A stretch of 64,000 nucleotides of DNA from Eledone cirrhosa (Eukaryota). Under the pieces are notes generated by a model that saw nothing but the letters and a program-made list of their open reading frames with translations, was not told where the DNA came from and ran no database searches. Position numbers and translations under genes: made by a program. Location of the stretch: positions 276,954,001-277,018,000 of the forward strand of contig OZ024740.1 in assembly GCA_964016885.1 (NCBI GenBank), read 5' to 3'. The first letter of the stretch is position 1, and every line of letters begins with the position of its first letter. This document shows positions 1 to 11,559 of the stretch, piece after piece.

Positions 1-31
1 TTTGCTCAGTGCTTTAGCCTTGCCATGATAA

Positions 32-74
<43 letters not shown>

Positions 75-213
75 GAATCGAATATTATTATTAATATTCG
101 AAAACCTCAGATTACATTTATTCTATTCAGCCATGTAGAGCGATAACGTTTGTAGCTGCCTAAATAACAATTGTAGCTGCCTAAAAGTTATGATAATCTT
201 TCACACATATGTT

Positions 214-288
<75 letters not shown>

Positions 289-327
289 TTGCATTTGACT
301 CCTGCCTTCACTCCAGAGAGTAGATTC

Positions 328-373
<46 letters not shown>

Positions 374-470
374 TGAATATATAAGAGGGATGAACACCGA
401 TACAAGTACACATGTGTTCGAATTTTCCCTTCCTTGAGCTATTTTATTGTAAAAGAATAACTCAATCTAT

Positions 471-525
<55 letters not shown>

Positions 526-652
526 AAAATTAAGATAAATCAAAGTGAATTTAATCTAAATCAAAATTATGGGTGTCATGCCAGAAAGGCATGCGCCATA
601 TCACCCGTAAAATAAGCTCCAAGATTCTAATGAATAGGTCCGAGCATTTTAT

Positions 653-833
653 AACAACTAGAAATTGATTAACATATAAATAAACATATGAAACAATCAC
701 AGGGGATAGTTGTTTGAAGTTCTAGTTAACTTTATTTAGTTACCTACCTAGCTATGTGTGCTTACACACTTGTAAAAATTATCCCTTGTGATTGTTTCAT
801 ATGTTTATTTATATGTTAATCAATTTCTAGTTG

Positions 834-835
<2 letters not shown>
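653..835. repeat. Inverted repeat (56-bp arms) in a (TA)n-flanked island, probable PLE terminal remnant
   Basis: 653-708 is the near-perfect reverse complement of 780-835; the island is bounded by (TA)n. Confidence 0.7.
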
Positions 836-898
<63 letters not shown>

Positions 899-939
899 AT
901 TATATTAATAAATGGAAACTATATTTATAAAACCATAAT

Positions 940-1006
940 TATTTTATTATATATATTTCAAGGGCAACCAAGGCAAATTTTGGTGCGCTTTCATCAGATA
1001 AAATAC
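940..1006 (-). ncRNA. Minimal type-I hammerhead ribozyme (PLE pLTR type), family H1
   Basis: Minus strand reads gtattttat-CTGATGA-aagcgcaccaa..ttggttgccctt-GAAA-tatata-TA-ataaaata. Helix I is tattttat/ataaaata, the core is intact and helix III is palindromic. Confidence 0.8.
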
Positions 1007-1098
1007 AAAATTTGTTTTATTAATGTTGACATACCCGCAGAAGAACAACCTTGACGGTTGGAGGTTCGCTGGATAGTATATATATATATATATATATA

Positions 1099-1231
1099 TA
1101 ACGCACCAGAGTACTAGAGTGGGTAATAGGAGAAAGTATGACCCCGACGGCAGAGCTGAAGCCGTTTCGACGGCTATTTCGAAATAGCTGTGCGAAACGG
1201 CTTGAACTCTGCCGTCGGGGTAATACTTTCT

Positions 1232-1233
<2 letters not shown>
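1099..1233 (-). mobile_element. PLE-type terminal fragment, family B (inverted repeat plus tail, 3' half of a hammerhead)
   Basis: Palindrome ~1128-1233 with GAAA-cggc..gccg-TC. The tail (gagtgggtaat, acgcaccagagtact) is shared with 4328-4530 and 5998-6120. Flanked by (TA)n. Confidence 0.6.
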
Positions 1234-1270
<37 letters not shown>

Positions 1271-1641
1271 GCATTTCACTCCTGCCTTCACTCCAGAGAG
1301 TAGGTTCTTAATATATATATATATATATATGTTTAAATATGTAATGTGACCACGTGCGTGTCTGAGCGCGCGCGCGCGTACGTGCTTTGCATGCGTATAT
1401 TTGCGTGAGGAAAATGTATATATTTCACAAGAACCCCATCTCAAATCGCGGAGATTACTGTTCTTTGGAAAGTTTACAGATACACACTCACTTACACATA
1501 CACACGCACACAGTCTCTCTCACACACACACAACGTTGACTGTAAACGATACATATTCAAGGCCTATAATGATATAGAGAGACGGTTGAAAAGAGAAGAG
1601 AAACAAAATTAGTTAATGGGAGAATAGCGATGAAAAATAAT

Positions 1642-1820
1642 TGTTTCTACTTTTGGCACAAGGCCAGCAATTATCCAGTGTATTACTGGTACTTTATTGT
1701 ATCGACCCCGTAAGGATGAATGGCAAAGTTAACCTCGGCGGATTTGAACTCAGAATGGCAAGGGACGTAACTCTATGCGTCAAAGCACGGCGTCCGACCC
1801 TCTACCGATACTGCCAATCC
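1642..1820 (-). mobile_element. tRNA-derived SINE (dominant ~190-bp family)
   Basis: A-box-like tggcagtatcggtagag, B-box gagttcaaatcc and conserved centre catccttacggggtcgata on the minus strand. 17-bp TSD tagcgatgaaaaataat at 1625-1641 and 1822-1838. Confidence 0.9.
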
Positions 1821-2200
1821 TTAGCGATGAAAAATAATAGATGTGACATATTGGTGAGATTCTCCTATTTGACTGAAGGGAATGAAAGATAGGAAAAATG
1901 ACAAACAGAGAAAAATAAGTCATAAGACAAAAATACAGAATGACAGAGAAGAAAAGAGATCGAGAAGAGAACGAGAATGCGAGAAAGACAGAGAGAGGGA
2001 AAGAGAGAAAAAGACAAAAGAATGAAATGTTTCACAATTGTAGCTGCCTAAAAGTTATGATAACCTTTCACATCAAGTTTATTCAGTACAAGAATTAAAC
2101 TATTGCAAACGGATGCATATAAACCACAAACACGCATTCTCTCAGCCTGAAGTATTTTTGTTTTCTCTGACTGATAGCTTATTTTGCACGTAATTAATAT

Positions 2201-2246
<46 letters not shown>

Positions 2247-2304
2247 TCACACACAAATACACACACACAAATACACACACACACACACATACACATATAT
2301 ATCC

Positions 2305-2692
2305 AGGGAGTGTAACGTGAAGTTACTGTAGGTTTACCCAGGTGAGCACTCGATGTTTAGATTCACGTCAGAGGCGAGGTGTAGAGCTAAACAGAGTGTA
2401 ATATAATAAATGTTTCTACTTTCGGCACAAGGCCAGCAATTACCCAGTGCATTACTGGTACTTTATTTTATCGACCCCGTAAGGATGGAAGGCAAAGTTA
2501 ACCTCAGTGAGATTTGAACTTAGAATGGCAAGGGCCGGAACTCTATCCGTCAAAGCATGGCGTCCGACCCTCTAACGATACTGCCAATGCACCGCCCTTG
2601 ATTGCCAATCCAGAGTGTAAATATAATAATACAAGGACGATTTATTATGCCTTCATTACGTTTTAACGTAATGAAGGCATAACAAATCATCC
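2305..2692 (-). mobile_element. PLE-type terminal fragment, family C, interrupted by a SINE
   Basis: 2305-2405 and 2611-2640 match the reverse complement of 53765-53886. Short terminal palindrome at 2634-2692; (TA)n flanks. Confidence 0.6.
2409..2597 (-). mobile_element. tRNA-derived SINE
   Basis: Full family consensus; near-duplicated target cagagtgtaa(a)tataataa on both sides. Confidence 0.9.
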
Positions 2693-2761
2693 TATATATG
2701 TATGTATGTATATATGTATATATATATATACGTATATATATATATATATATATATATATAC

Positions 2762-2891
<130 letters not shown>

Positions 2892-3029
2892 CAATACTCA
2901 TCTTTTTCCATTCATCTGAGTGTTCTAAACCCCAATATCAGGCTAAAATTTCTTTAGTAAAAAATATGGTGAAAGCTATTCTATTTTCTAATTTCAAACC
3001 AGCTCACTCTATCAAAATATACTTACTTG

Positions 3030-3071
<42 letters not shown>

Positions 3072-3130
3072 TAATGATACAAGGATGATTTGTTATGGCT
3101 TCATTACGTATATATATATATATATACATA

Positions 3131-3311
3131 TTTATTAATATAACAGATTAAAGTTTAAGCAAAGAATCGCTGCTTTCACCCTTAACGGGATCTTCTGAAA
3201 CTTTAATCTGTTATATTAATAAATATTTGCTCTTCGGTTCTTATATATTTGATATATATTTTCCTTATCGAGCCCTCTTTGGATTTTAGTCTTCAATTTT
3301 ATTATTATTAC
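3131..3311. mobile_element. Family A (TA)n-embedded palindromic mini-element with CAGAAGA hammerhead-like core
   Basis: Minus strand reads aaagttt-CAGAAGA-tcccgttaagggt-GAAA-gca..tgc-TT-aaacttt. The tail ending gagccctct..ggattttagtcttcaa is shared with six other copies. Confidence 0.7.
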
Positions 3312-3472
3312 TATATATATACATATATATATATATATACATGCATATATATACATACATATATATGCATATATATACATATATGTGTCTGTGTTTGTGT
3401 GTGTGTATCCCGAGTTCAATCGGGGGTAACCACAGTGAGTAAGGTACTCAATACATAGCAGAGTATAAGTTT

Positions 3473-3533
<61 letters not shown>

Positions 3534-3601
3534 TACCGAAACTGAACTTAAAACGATAAGTTCTTGTTTTTTGGATATATCAATATTTATAAAACAACTT
3601 T

Positions 3602-3664
3602 TGTATTTTATCTGATGAGGGCGTACCAAAATGTTGGTACCCTTGAAATATATATAATAAAATA
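3602..3664 (+). ncRNA. Minimal type-I hammerhead ribozyme, family H1
   Basis: tattttat-CTGATGA(3612-3618), helix II gtaccaa/ttggtac, GAAA(3645)-tatata-TA-ataaaata. Confidence 0.85.
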
Positions 3665-3705
3665 ATTATGGTTTTATAAAGATAGTTTCCTTTTATTAAT
3701 ATCAT

Positions 3706-3788
<83 letters not shown>

Positions 3789-3954
3789 TAATGGTAGCTA
3801 AGATGCTTCCATAGGCGGTATACCGGAACCTGTGAATCCTGAGTCATGTCGATCCACGCACAGATCGTACCTCGAGCTGTTCGCCGGGGAAACAATTGTA
3901 ATACGCAATAAATTGAGTTCCGATGCATCACTGATATTTTGTTTTCCATTTTAT

Positions 3955-3997
<43 letters not shown>

Positions 3998-4033
3998 TAT
4001 ATATAATATATAGTAAGTATAATATATATATAT

Positions 4034-4077
<44 letters not shown>

Positions 4078-4116
4078 TATATATATATAATATATATATA
4101 TATATATAATATATAT

Positions 4117-4169
<53 letters not shown>

Positions 4170-4192
4170 ATATATATATATATATAATATAT

Positions 4193-4226
<34 letters not shown>

Positions 4227-4234
4227 ATATATAT

Positions 4235-4277
<43 letters not shown>

Positions 4278-4327
4278 TATATATATATAATATATATATA
4301 TATATATAATATATATATATATAATAT

Positions 4328-4530
4328 AACGAAGGAAATGTGGTAAGGAACAAGGTGGACCATAACGCACCAAAGTACTCAATATTTAGGGTAGTAGAGT
4401 GGGTAATGGGAACAAGTAAGACCCCGACGGCTGAGCTCAAGCCGTTTCGACGGCTAATTCTGGACTGGAATTAGTCCAGAATTAGCCGTCGAAACGGCTT
4501 GAGCTCAGCCGTCGGGGTCTTACTTGTTCC
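4328..4530 (-). mobile_element. PLE-type terminal fragment, family B, with ~120-bp palindrome
   Basis: 4409-4530 is a near-perfect palindrome. Each arm has GAAA-cggct-tgagctc-agccg-TC (helix III plus cleavage triplet) but no CTGANGA. (TA)n flanks. Confidence 0.65.
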
Positions 4531-4563
4531 TATATATAATATATATATTTATATATAATATAT

Positions 4564-4629
<66 letters not shown>

Positions 4630-4830
4630 GTGTGTGTCTACAAAAATAGAAACTTTAAAGGGATAAGACATCCGGCTTCCTGTCACTTTATTCTATAATA
4701 TTTAACTCCGTTCACCACCGACTTTACACCAAAGATGATTGAGTTGCGTTACGTTGAGTGCTTTCCTATTGTTGCATAGTGTTCAACTATACGGAATGCC
4801 CAGTTGTATCCAGTGGTGAACCACCAACAT

Positions 4831-4870
<40 letters not shown>

Positions 4871-4877
<7 letters not shown>

Positions 4878-5096
4878 TAACAGATTAAAGTTTAAGCAAA
4901 GAATCGCTGCTTTCACCCTTAACGGGATCTTTTGAAACAGTTTCAGAAAATCCCGTTAAGGGTGAAAGCAGCGACTCTTTGCTTAAACTTTAATCTGTTA
5001 TTTTAATAAATGTTTGCTCTACGGCTCTTATATATTTGATATATATTTATCCTTATCGAGCCCTCTTAGGATTTTAGTCTTCAAATTGATTATTAT

Positions 5097-5172
<76 letters not shown>

Positions 5173-5391
5173 ATAATAATCAATTTGAAGACTAAAATCC
5201 TAAGAGGGCTCGATAAGGATAAATATATATCAAATATATAAGAGCCGTAGAGCAAACATTTATTAAAATAACAGATTAAAGTTTAAGCAAAGAGTCGCTG
5301 CTTTCACCCTTAACGGGATTTTCTGAAACTGTTTCAAAAGATCCCGTTAAGGGTGAAAGCAGCGATTCTTTGCTTAAACTTTAATCTGTTA

Positions 5392-5398
<7 letters not shown>
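4871..5398. repeat. ~530-bp palindrome: two inverted family A elements mirrored about a (TA)n tract
   Basis: 4871-5100 is the reverse complement of 5170-5398, including private variants. The ORF track shows identical peptides on both strands (5014..5241 + and 5028..5255 -). Confidence 0.9.
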
Positions 5399-5477
<79 letters not shown>

Positions 5478-5547
5478 AATGTGTGTGTGTGTGTGTTTGA
5501 ACAATAAAAACAGAAGTAAGTTAGTTGTAGGTAGAGAGTTAGTTCAT

Positions 5548-5678
5548 TGTTTTACGATCGTTTCAGAGGGTTGATTGAACGGTGGAGATCGATGTATCGA
5601 CTAGCATGTTAGTGGCTAATTTACTACCTATTACTAGTCTCGAAGTTTCCGAGCAATGGGCCGTCCTCCTCAGAAACA
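5548..5678 (-). ncRNA. Hammerhead ribozyme candidate with ~100-nt helix II domain
   Basis: Minus strand reads tgttt-CTGAGGA-ggacgg...ccctct-GAAA-cgatcg-TA-aaaca. 5-bp helix I; palindromic helix III acgatcgt. Confidence 0.6.
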
Positions 5679-5705
5679 CCAAATCAAGGTGGACTCCGTT
5701 ATATA

Positions 5706-5753
<48 letters not shown>

Positions 5754-5997
5754 AGACAGTAAAAGGAACCAAAAAGCAAACAACACGCTACAATGAAGAG
5801 ATATATTAGTTTAATGATTGATATAGTGTGACACGGGTCTTTACATTTCGGACACTATAAGATAGTCAGTGTGAAGAGGAAGGAAAATGGGAAAATATTT
5901 TAGAAAAACCCCGTGTTCACTTAGGAAGCCATTTCGAGTAAGTATATGTATACATGTATATTTTGAGTAAGTATATATATATATATATATATATATA

Positions 5998-6232
5998 GGA
6001 AAATGTTCAGGACCCATGTTGGGGTCCTGAACATTTTCCTATTACCCACTCTACTACCAAAGTATCGAGTACTCTGGTGCGTTATGGGCCACGTGGTTCC
6101 TTACCACCCTTCCTTCGTTTTATATATATATATATATATTTGTTTATTTTTTAAAATAACAGATTAAAGTTTTCACCCTTAACGGGATCTTCTGAGACTT
6201 TGGATTTTAGTTTTCGCATATATTATTATTAC
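5998..6232 (+). mobile_element. Family B terminal fragment (5998-6120) and deleted family A fragment (6140-6232)
   Basis: Hairpin ggaaaatgttcaggaccc/gggtcctgaacattttcc followed by the family B tail, then family A motifs ataacagattaaagttt and gggatcttctga. Confidence 0.55.
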
Positions 6233-6426
6233 TATATATATATATATATGTATCTATGTACATATATATACTCACCGTTCTAAATTGTACTGTGTGATCA
6301 TCAGTGGACTGAAACACTCCTCTCATGAAATGTCTGTATGGGTGAGGAGATGATGGTTTACTTCGTAGCCCCCAGTTCGTTATTTCAGGCAGTAAAAAAA
6401 TTAAAATAACTCTAAAGACACCGCCA

Positions 6427-6490
<64 letters not shown>

Positions 6491-6545
6491 GCACACAGAT
6501 ACACACACAAACACTGGCACACAGATACACACACAAACACTGGCA

Positions 6546-6584
<39 letters not shown>

Positions 6585-6599
6585 GCACACACACACTGG

Positions 6600-6632
<33 letters not shown>

Positions 6633-6859
6633 GTGTAAAGGGATGGGCTCTGCCAGGCTTAAAATGCCCAAGAAACGCCGTATCTCAATACGGTGCCCCA
6701 AGGACTATATCAGGCGTTATGGAACCATACATACATACATACATATATACATACATACATACATATATATCAAAAGTATATATTGAATTAAAAACTCAAA
6801 ATAGACCCCTATAATTAAAATACCTCAAGGGGAAAAATTTTTCCGACCCTTATAATACT

Positions 6860-6976
<117 letters not shown>

Positions 6977-7599
6977 CGCCTTTGGATTTGAAAACAATTA
7001 TTGAGGAAATATCTCGTATAACGTGTGATCAGCATTTCAGTTGTAGTTTATTTAGTAAGGTTATTACCCTATATAATTCAATATGATTTTATTTTGTTTT
7101 GTTTATAAAACGATTGGGTACCAAATCAGAACATTATTTCAAACTCGTTAATCGTATTGCGTGCGTGACACTAGGGAGATATACAATTTTAACTGTAAAT
7201 TTATCGCCTATTAATTCCGGAATAGAACATCGGATGTTGAACGTTTCGAAAACCGAGTAATTGGTTCAAATTCCTATATAACGGTTTGTTGTTGTTTTAT
7301 ATTGTTAAACTGGTTGAATTGTATTGCCAAATGCGATATAACGTTATAAATATTAAACGTTCGTTATATGGATAAAATACCAATGTTATAAATTGATAAA
7401 ATACCAATGTTATGAATCAAGCAACGTTATAAATTTATAAATTTAATGCTACACGTATAGTTAAAATATACAAGCAATGTTATGAACTTTAATGTTGGAT
7501 TTAGGGATAAACAATGTAGAGTGAAAATTAAAATTTAATTAAAATATACAATTAGGATGAGGTGTATCTTTAATCTAATCTAATCTGGCCGGGTTTACA

Positions 7600-8050
7600 C
7601 TCGCAAATAAGAACCAGGGCCGCCCCTAGGAATATTGGATTTGGTGTACTTCATATTTGTTTCGGTTGCTGAGTACAATCAGGGGTCGCTCTCCTGGAGG
7701 TCAATAGTTCTCTTCTAACTCGAGCGGGAGTGCCTATCCATTGTCAATTTGCATAGATCATCTGCAAAGCCGCATTGCTCTCAGGACCACAACACCAGTC
7801 TTTCGATGCATGCAGCTGGAACTATTGCCACCCATCGATTTGATAGGATTTTGTTTTTCTTTTTTTAGATAGCCGTTGACTCTTTGAGTTCTTCCGTCCT
7901 TTGTCAGGTTTTGTTTTCTGTCCTGCAGGGTGTCCAAAATCACCCTCCTCACCGAGTAAACTTGGTCGGGTTGCCGGTTTTGTCGCCGACGACCCGACCA
8001 TGCGACAGGTTGTACTGGGTTACATGCTACTAGTGGCACTCATGAGTGAC
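7600..8050. repeat. Dispersed repeat, possibly the 5' region of a LINE (second copy at 28970-29210)
   Basis: Shared block ctttgtcag..tgtcctgcagggtgtccaaaatcaccctcc at ~7895-7950 and ~29140-29205. The LINE assignment is inference. Confidence 0.45.
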
Positions 8051-9406
8051 CTGACACTACTAATACCTGTATCTTTAAGTCCTCGTAAAATTATCAAGAA
8101 ATGTGCTTCAAAACTCATGAATTGTGTTTGTTTGTACAATATTTTCTAAATTTGTTTGCACAATATTTTCTAAATTTGTGGTTGAGTCCGTAACAGTGGA
8201 GATTTCTGGCCCTCTTAGTCCCCGGATCATATTCTTATTCACTCTTATCGAAGCGGAGTTGACTCTCTGATCTTTTTCTTCTTAAATTAATATTTTTACC
8301 AATGATATTCTTTTCCTAATGATACTCCTCTTAATGTATTTTTTTAGATTGATACTTTTTAATTGATATTTTGAATGATATCCTCTTTACGATAGTTTTT
8401 CTAAATGCACTCTTGACTTATCTAATAATATTTTTTTTTTCTTCTGTTAGTTTTCAAACTTTTCACACATCTATTGACGTAGATAGTATCATCCTTGAAA
8501 ACATGTAATATAAAATACCTTATAATCTCACACAAAATAATATATAATTTTCTCTACATACTTTCTGCATTTTCTAAGAAAATTATTCATCAAATCTAAC
8601 ATTAATAGTTTAACAAATAATATTGGAGTTATCTTTTCATTTACAATTGAGCAAACATAGACATAATAACTTGTATGTTAAATTCTATGTAATTTCGCTA
8701 ACTTAATAATTTTCTGTAAATATTTTCAATTTTTTATGAAACTATTTGAATGTACAAAATGTTCTTTTAAAATTTGAACTACGTCTTTTTTCTTAACTAT
8801 ATATTTAAAATGTAAACTCAACATCCTTCGTAACTTATATTAGAAATGTAAACAAATTAATATGTGTGTTATCTATCTATAAAAAATAACAGCATATAAT
8901 CACCAATAATATTTATATTTATATTTATTAATCTATATAGATAATTATATACTTACAACCTGTTGTAATATAATAATATAAAATGTACTTACAACCATAA
9001 TCCTTCATATAATCTAATTATAATGATTATATATATAATATTATAACTCATGATTTAGTGAAATATTTTTTAAATTCTGGATTGATATTCCACCACTTCA
9101 ACAAACTTTTAATTTTTAACGTTTCAATTTTTAAATTCACGTACACTGTAATACTATTAATATATAAGCTTCTCTTTCTTCTTCCTACAGATATATATCC
9201 TAATAATTATTTTAATCTACCTAGCGTCTAAAAATAACGATTTTTTCAGCCCTACGCTTCAACTTCATTTGCATATTCATCAAAATAATTTGAAATATTT
9301 GTTTTTTCCTTTCTCCCTCTTTTGCCTCTTTCCTTTAACTATCCAGACGGAACTTGAACCGTTAAGTTTTGATTCCTGCGTATGTCACTATTTATAAAAA
9401 AAACTT

Positions 9407-9471
9407 TGTATTTTATCTGATGAGGGCGTACCAAAGTTTTGGTACCCTTGAAATATATATAATAGAATACA
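9407..9471 (+). ncRNA. Minimal type-I hammerhead ribozyme, family H1
   Basis: tgtattttat-CTGATGA(9417-9423)-gggcgtaccaaagttttggtaccctt-GAAA(9450)-tatata-TA-atagaataca. 10-bp helix I with one G-U pair. Confidence 0.88.
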
Positions 9472-9529
9472 TATGGTTTTATAAATATAGTTTCCATTTA
9501 TTAATATCATTGATATATATATATATATA

Positions 9530-10453
9530 CGAGGTGGGTCAGAAAAGTTACAGGACTGATGTCACATAAGATTTATTTCAAACCCAAACTTCACACTAAG
9601 AGATTTCTCCTTCAAAGTAATCCCCCTGGAGTCTAAAGCACTTTTCCATTTTCCATCCTTTTCTGCCACGCTTGCATGCACTCCTGGAAGGATTCTTCCG
9701 GGATCCTCCGCAGTTCCGTTGTCACGGCCTTTTTGATGTCGTCTACGTCTTCAAAACGGGTCCCCTCCGGGTCGTACTCGAAGATCCATGACTCGTCACC
9801 GGGGATGACTCTCCCTAGCAAGTCTGGTTCAGGTTCAAGACGCTCGAGGATGTCCTGGCACACTTGCATGCGTCGACCCTTCTGGTCATTGTTCAGCAGT
9901 GTTGGCACCATCTTCGCGCAGACTTTCCGCATGTTCAAATCTTCAGTGAGAATCTTCCAGACGCTGTCCTGATTCATGCCCAGCTCATTTGCCATCAGTC
10001 GAACAGTCAGCCGACGATCGCTACGCACCATCTGCCTGACGCGCTCAACGTTGACCTCAGTCCTGGTTGTTGAGGGCCTTCCGATCCTGGGGTTATCTTC
10101 CACGTCCTCGCGACCTTCTTTAAAGCTCTTGCACCATTCCAAACCACGTGAGTGTGACAGCGTCTCATTTCCATACACTTGCTGCAGCAATCCCAGTGCT
10201 TCTGACGCAGTTTTCCCCAACCGTACCAGAAACGTCAAGTTTGTTCGTTGCTCTGTGCTCATTGCTTGACGACCTGAAACAAAGGACATGTATATAAAAT
10301 GATGAAGAAAAAAGTTTCTTCGCTGCAGAGAACTAAGATTACAGTTACATACTCCAGGGGGATTACTTTGAAGGAGAAAACTCTTAGTGTGAAGTTTGGG
10401 TTTGAAATAAAGCTTTTGTGACATCAGTCCTGGAACTTTTCTGACACACCTCG
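9530..10453 (-). mobile_element. Non-autonomous mariner (Tc1/mariner) element with 103-bp TIRs and TA TSD
   Basis: TIRs at 9530-9632 and 10351-10453, flanking TA at 9528-9529 and 10454-10455, transposase remnant inside. Confidence 0.92.
9596..10262 (-). pseudogene. Mariner transposase pseudogene, catalytic core deleted
   Basis: Motifs EQR..LGK, GREDVEDNPRIGRPST, MRKVCAKMVP and GDESWIFEYDPE, the last fused directly to GTRFEDVDDIK. C-terminal KC..QGDYFEG follows a frameshift. Confidence 0.9.
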
Positions 10454-10708
10454 TAGTTCTTCGATTTCATTCCAGAATTAACGTTATTTAAAGCGTAATA
10501 CCGTAACACATATATTATGTGGGTGAATAGTGGATGATTAAATGAATATTGGGGGTTTAAACGAAATTAATTGAACAGTAGATCATTGAAATAAAGTAAA
10601 ATTATCGTAGCGCTAAAAGAATCTTTAGGATACTTTAAAATGATATTGGGAAACATGGGTATTGACTTAGTTTTGCCAACTGCTGTAAATGATCAGATTT
10701 GATTAATG

Positions 10709-11250
10709 TACGAGAGTGGGCTGAAACGTTCACTGGCTGACAATGAAGGAATGATGCTAAAGCTATGAAGTCTTGTCTGCATATGGATCAAAGGCAAAGT
10801 TAACCTCAAATCCCACCGAGGTTAACTTTGCCCTTTATCCATACGGGGTCGATAAAATAAAGTACCAGTAATGTACTGGGTAATTGCTGGCCTTGTGCCA
10901 AAGTAGAAGCAATTAATTTTATTAATAAAATATAGGCGGTGGGTTGGCAGTATCGGTAGAGGGGCGGTCGCCATGCTTTGTAGCATAGAGTTACGCCCCT
11001 TTACGGTCTGAGTTCAAATCTCACCGAGGTTAACTTTGCCTTTCATCCTTACGGGGTCGATAAAATAAAGGACCAGTATGGGCACTTGGATAATTGGTGG
11101 CCTTGTGCCAAAAGTAGAAACAATTTTATTAATAAATGCATTGTTTCTTCCAGTGATTATTATGAATTATACCTCATTTGGTAATTCCAAGAGAGTATCT
11201 TAGTCAGTCTATGAACTTTTCAGCCTATAAGTTTTCAGCCAACCCTTGTA
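10709..11250. mobile_element. Mariner-like MITE relic containing nested SINEs
   Basis: Ends tacgagagtgggctgaaacgtt and aagttttcagccaacccttgta form imperfect TIRs with terminal TA. Confidence 0.55.
10808..11124 (+). mobile_element. Two tRNA-derived SINE copies (partial 10808-10915; full 10935-11124)
   Basis: Family consensus. Duplicated aattttattaataaa flanks the second copy; a short inverted piece at 10786-10807 precedes the first. Confidence 0.85.
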
Positions 11251-11559
11251 CTTGGCAATGAGGAGATATAGATGTGTGATTATGGATTTGATAATTAGAG
11301 TTCATTCATAAACATTTATATATGATAAGCTTTCAGAATTGTCACGGATATGAGGTTATAACAAAAAAGGATTATTGACCTAATGCTATTAGCATGCAAA
11401 AAAATTATATCTCAGATTGTATATAACAAATTTCCAAAATATATATATTAATCATATAATTAATCATATAAATATTTCTGATAATTTTTCATAAAGCGAC
11501 TCACCTTGGTGGTTCATATTAAACGTAATGTTATAATGGTATAACATGTTATATCTATC

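Noticed and set aside
8050-9400. AT-rich stretch as the long 3' UTR of the PLE owning the 9407 hammerhead
   Set aside because: Plausible by analogy with 50700-51430, but I could not read a convincing GIY-YIG remnant upstream.
9633-10424. 263-aa ORF as a functional transposase
   Set aside because: It starts within the TIR, lacks two of the three catalytic Asp motifs and is frameshifted before GDYFEG.
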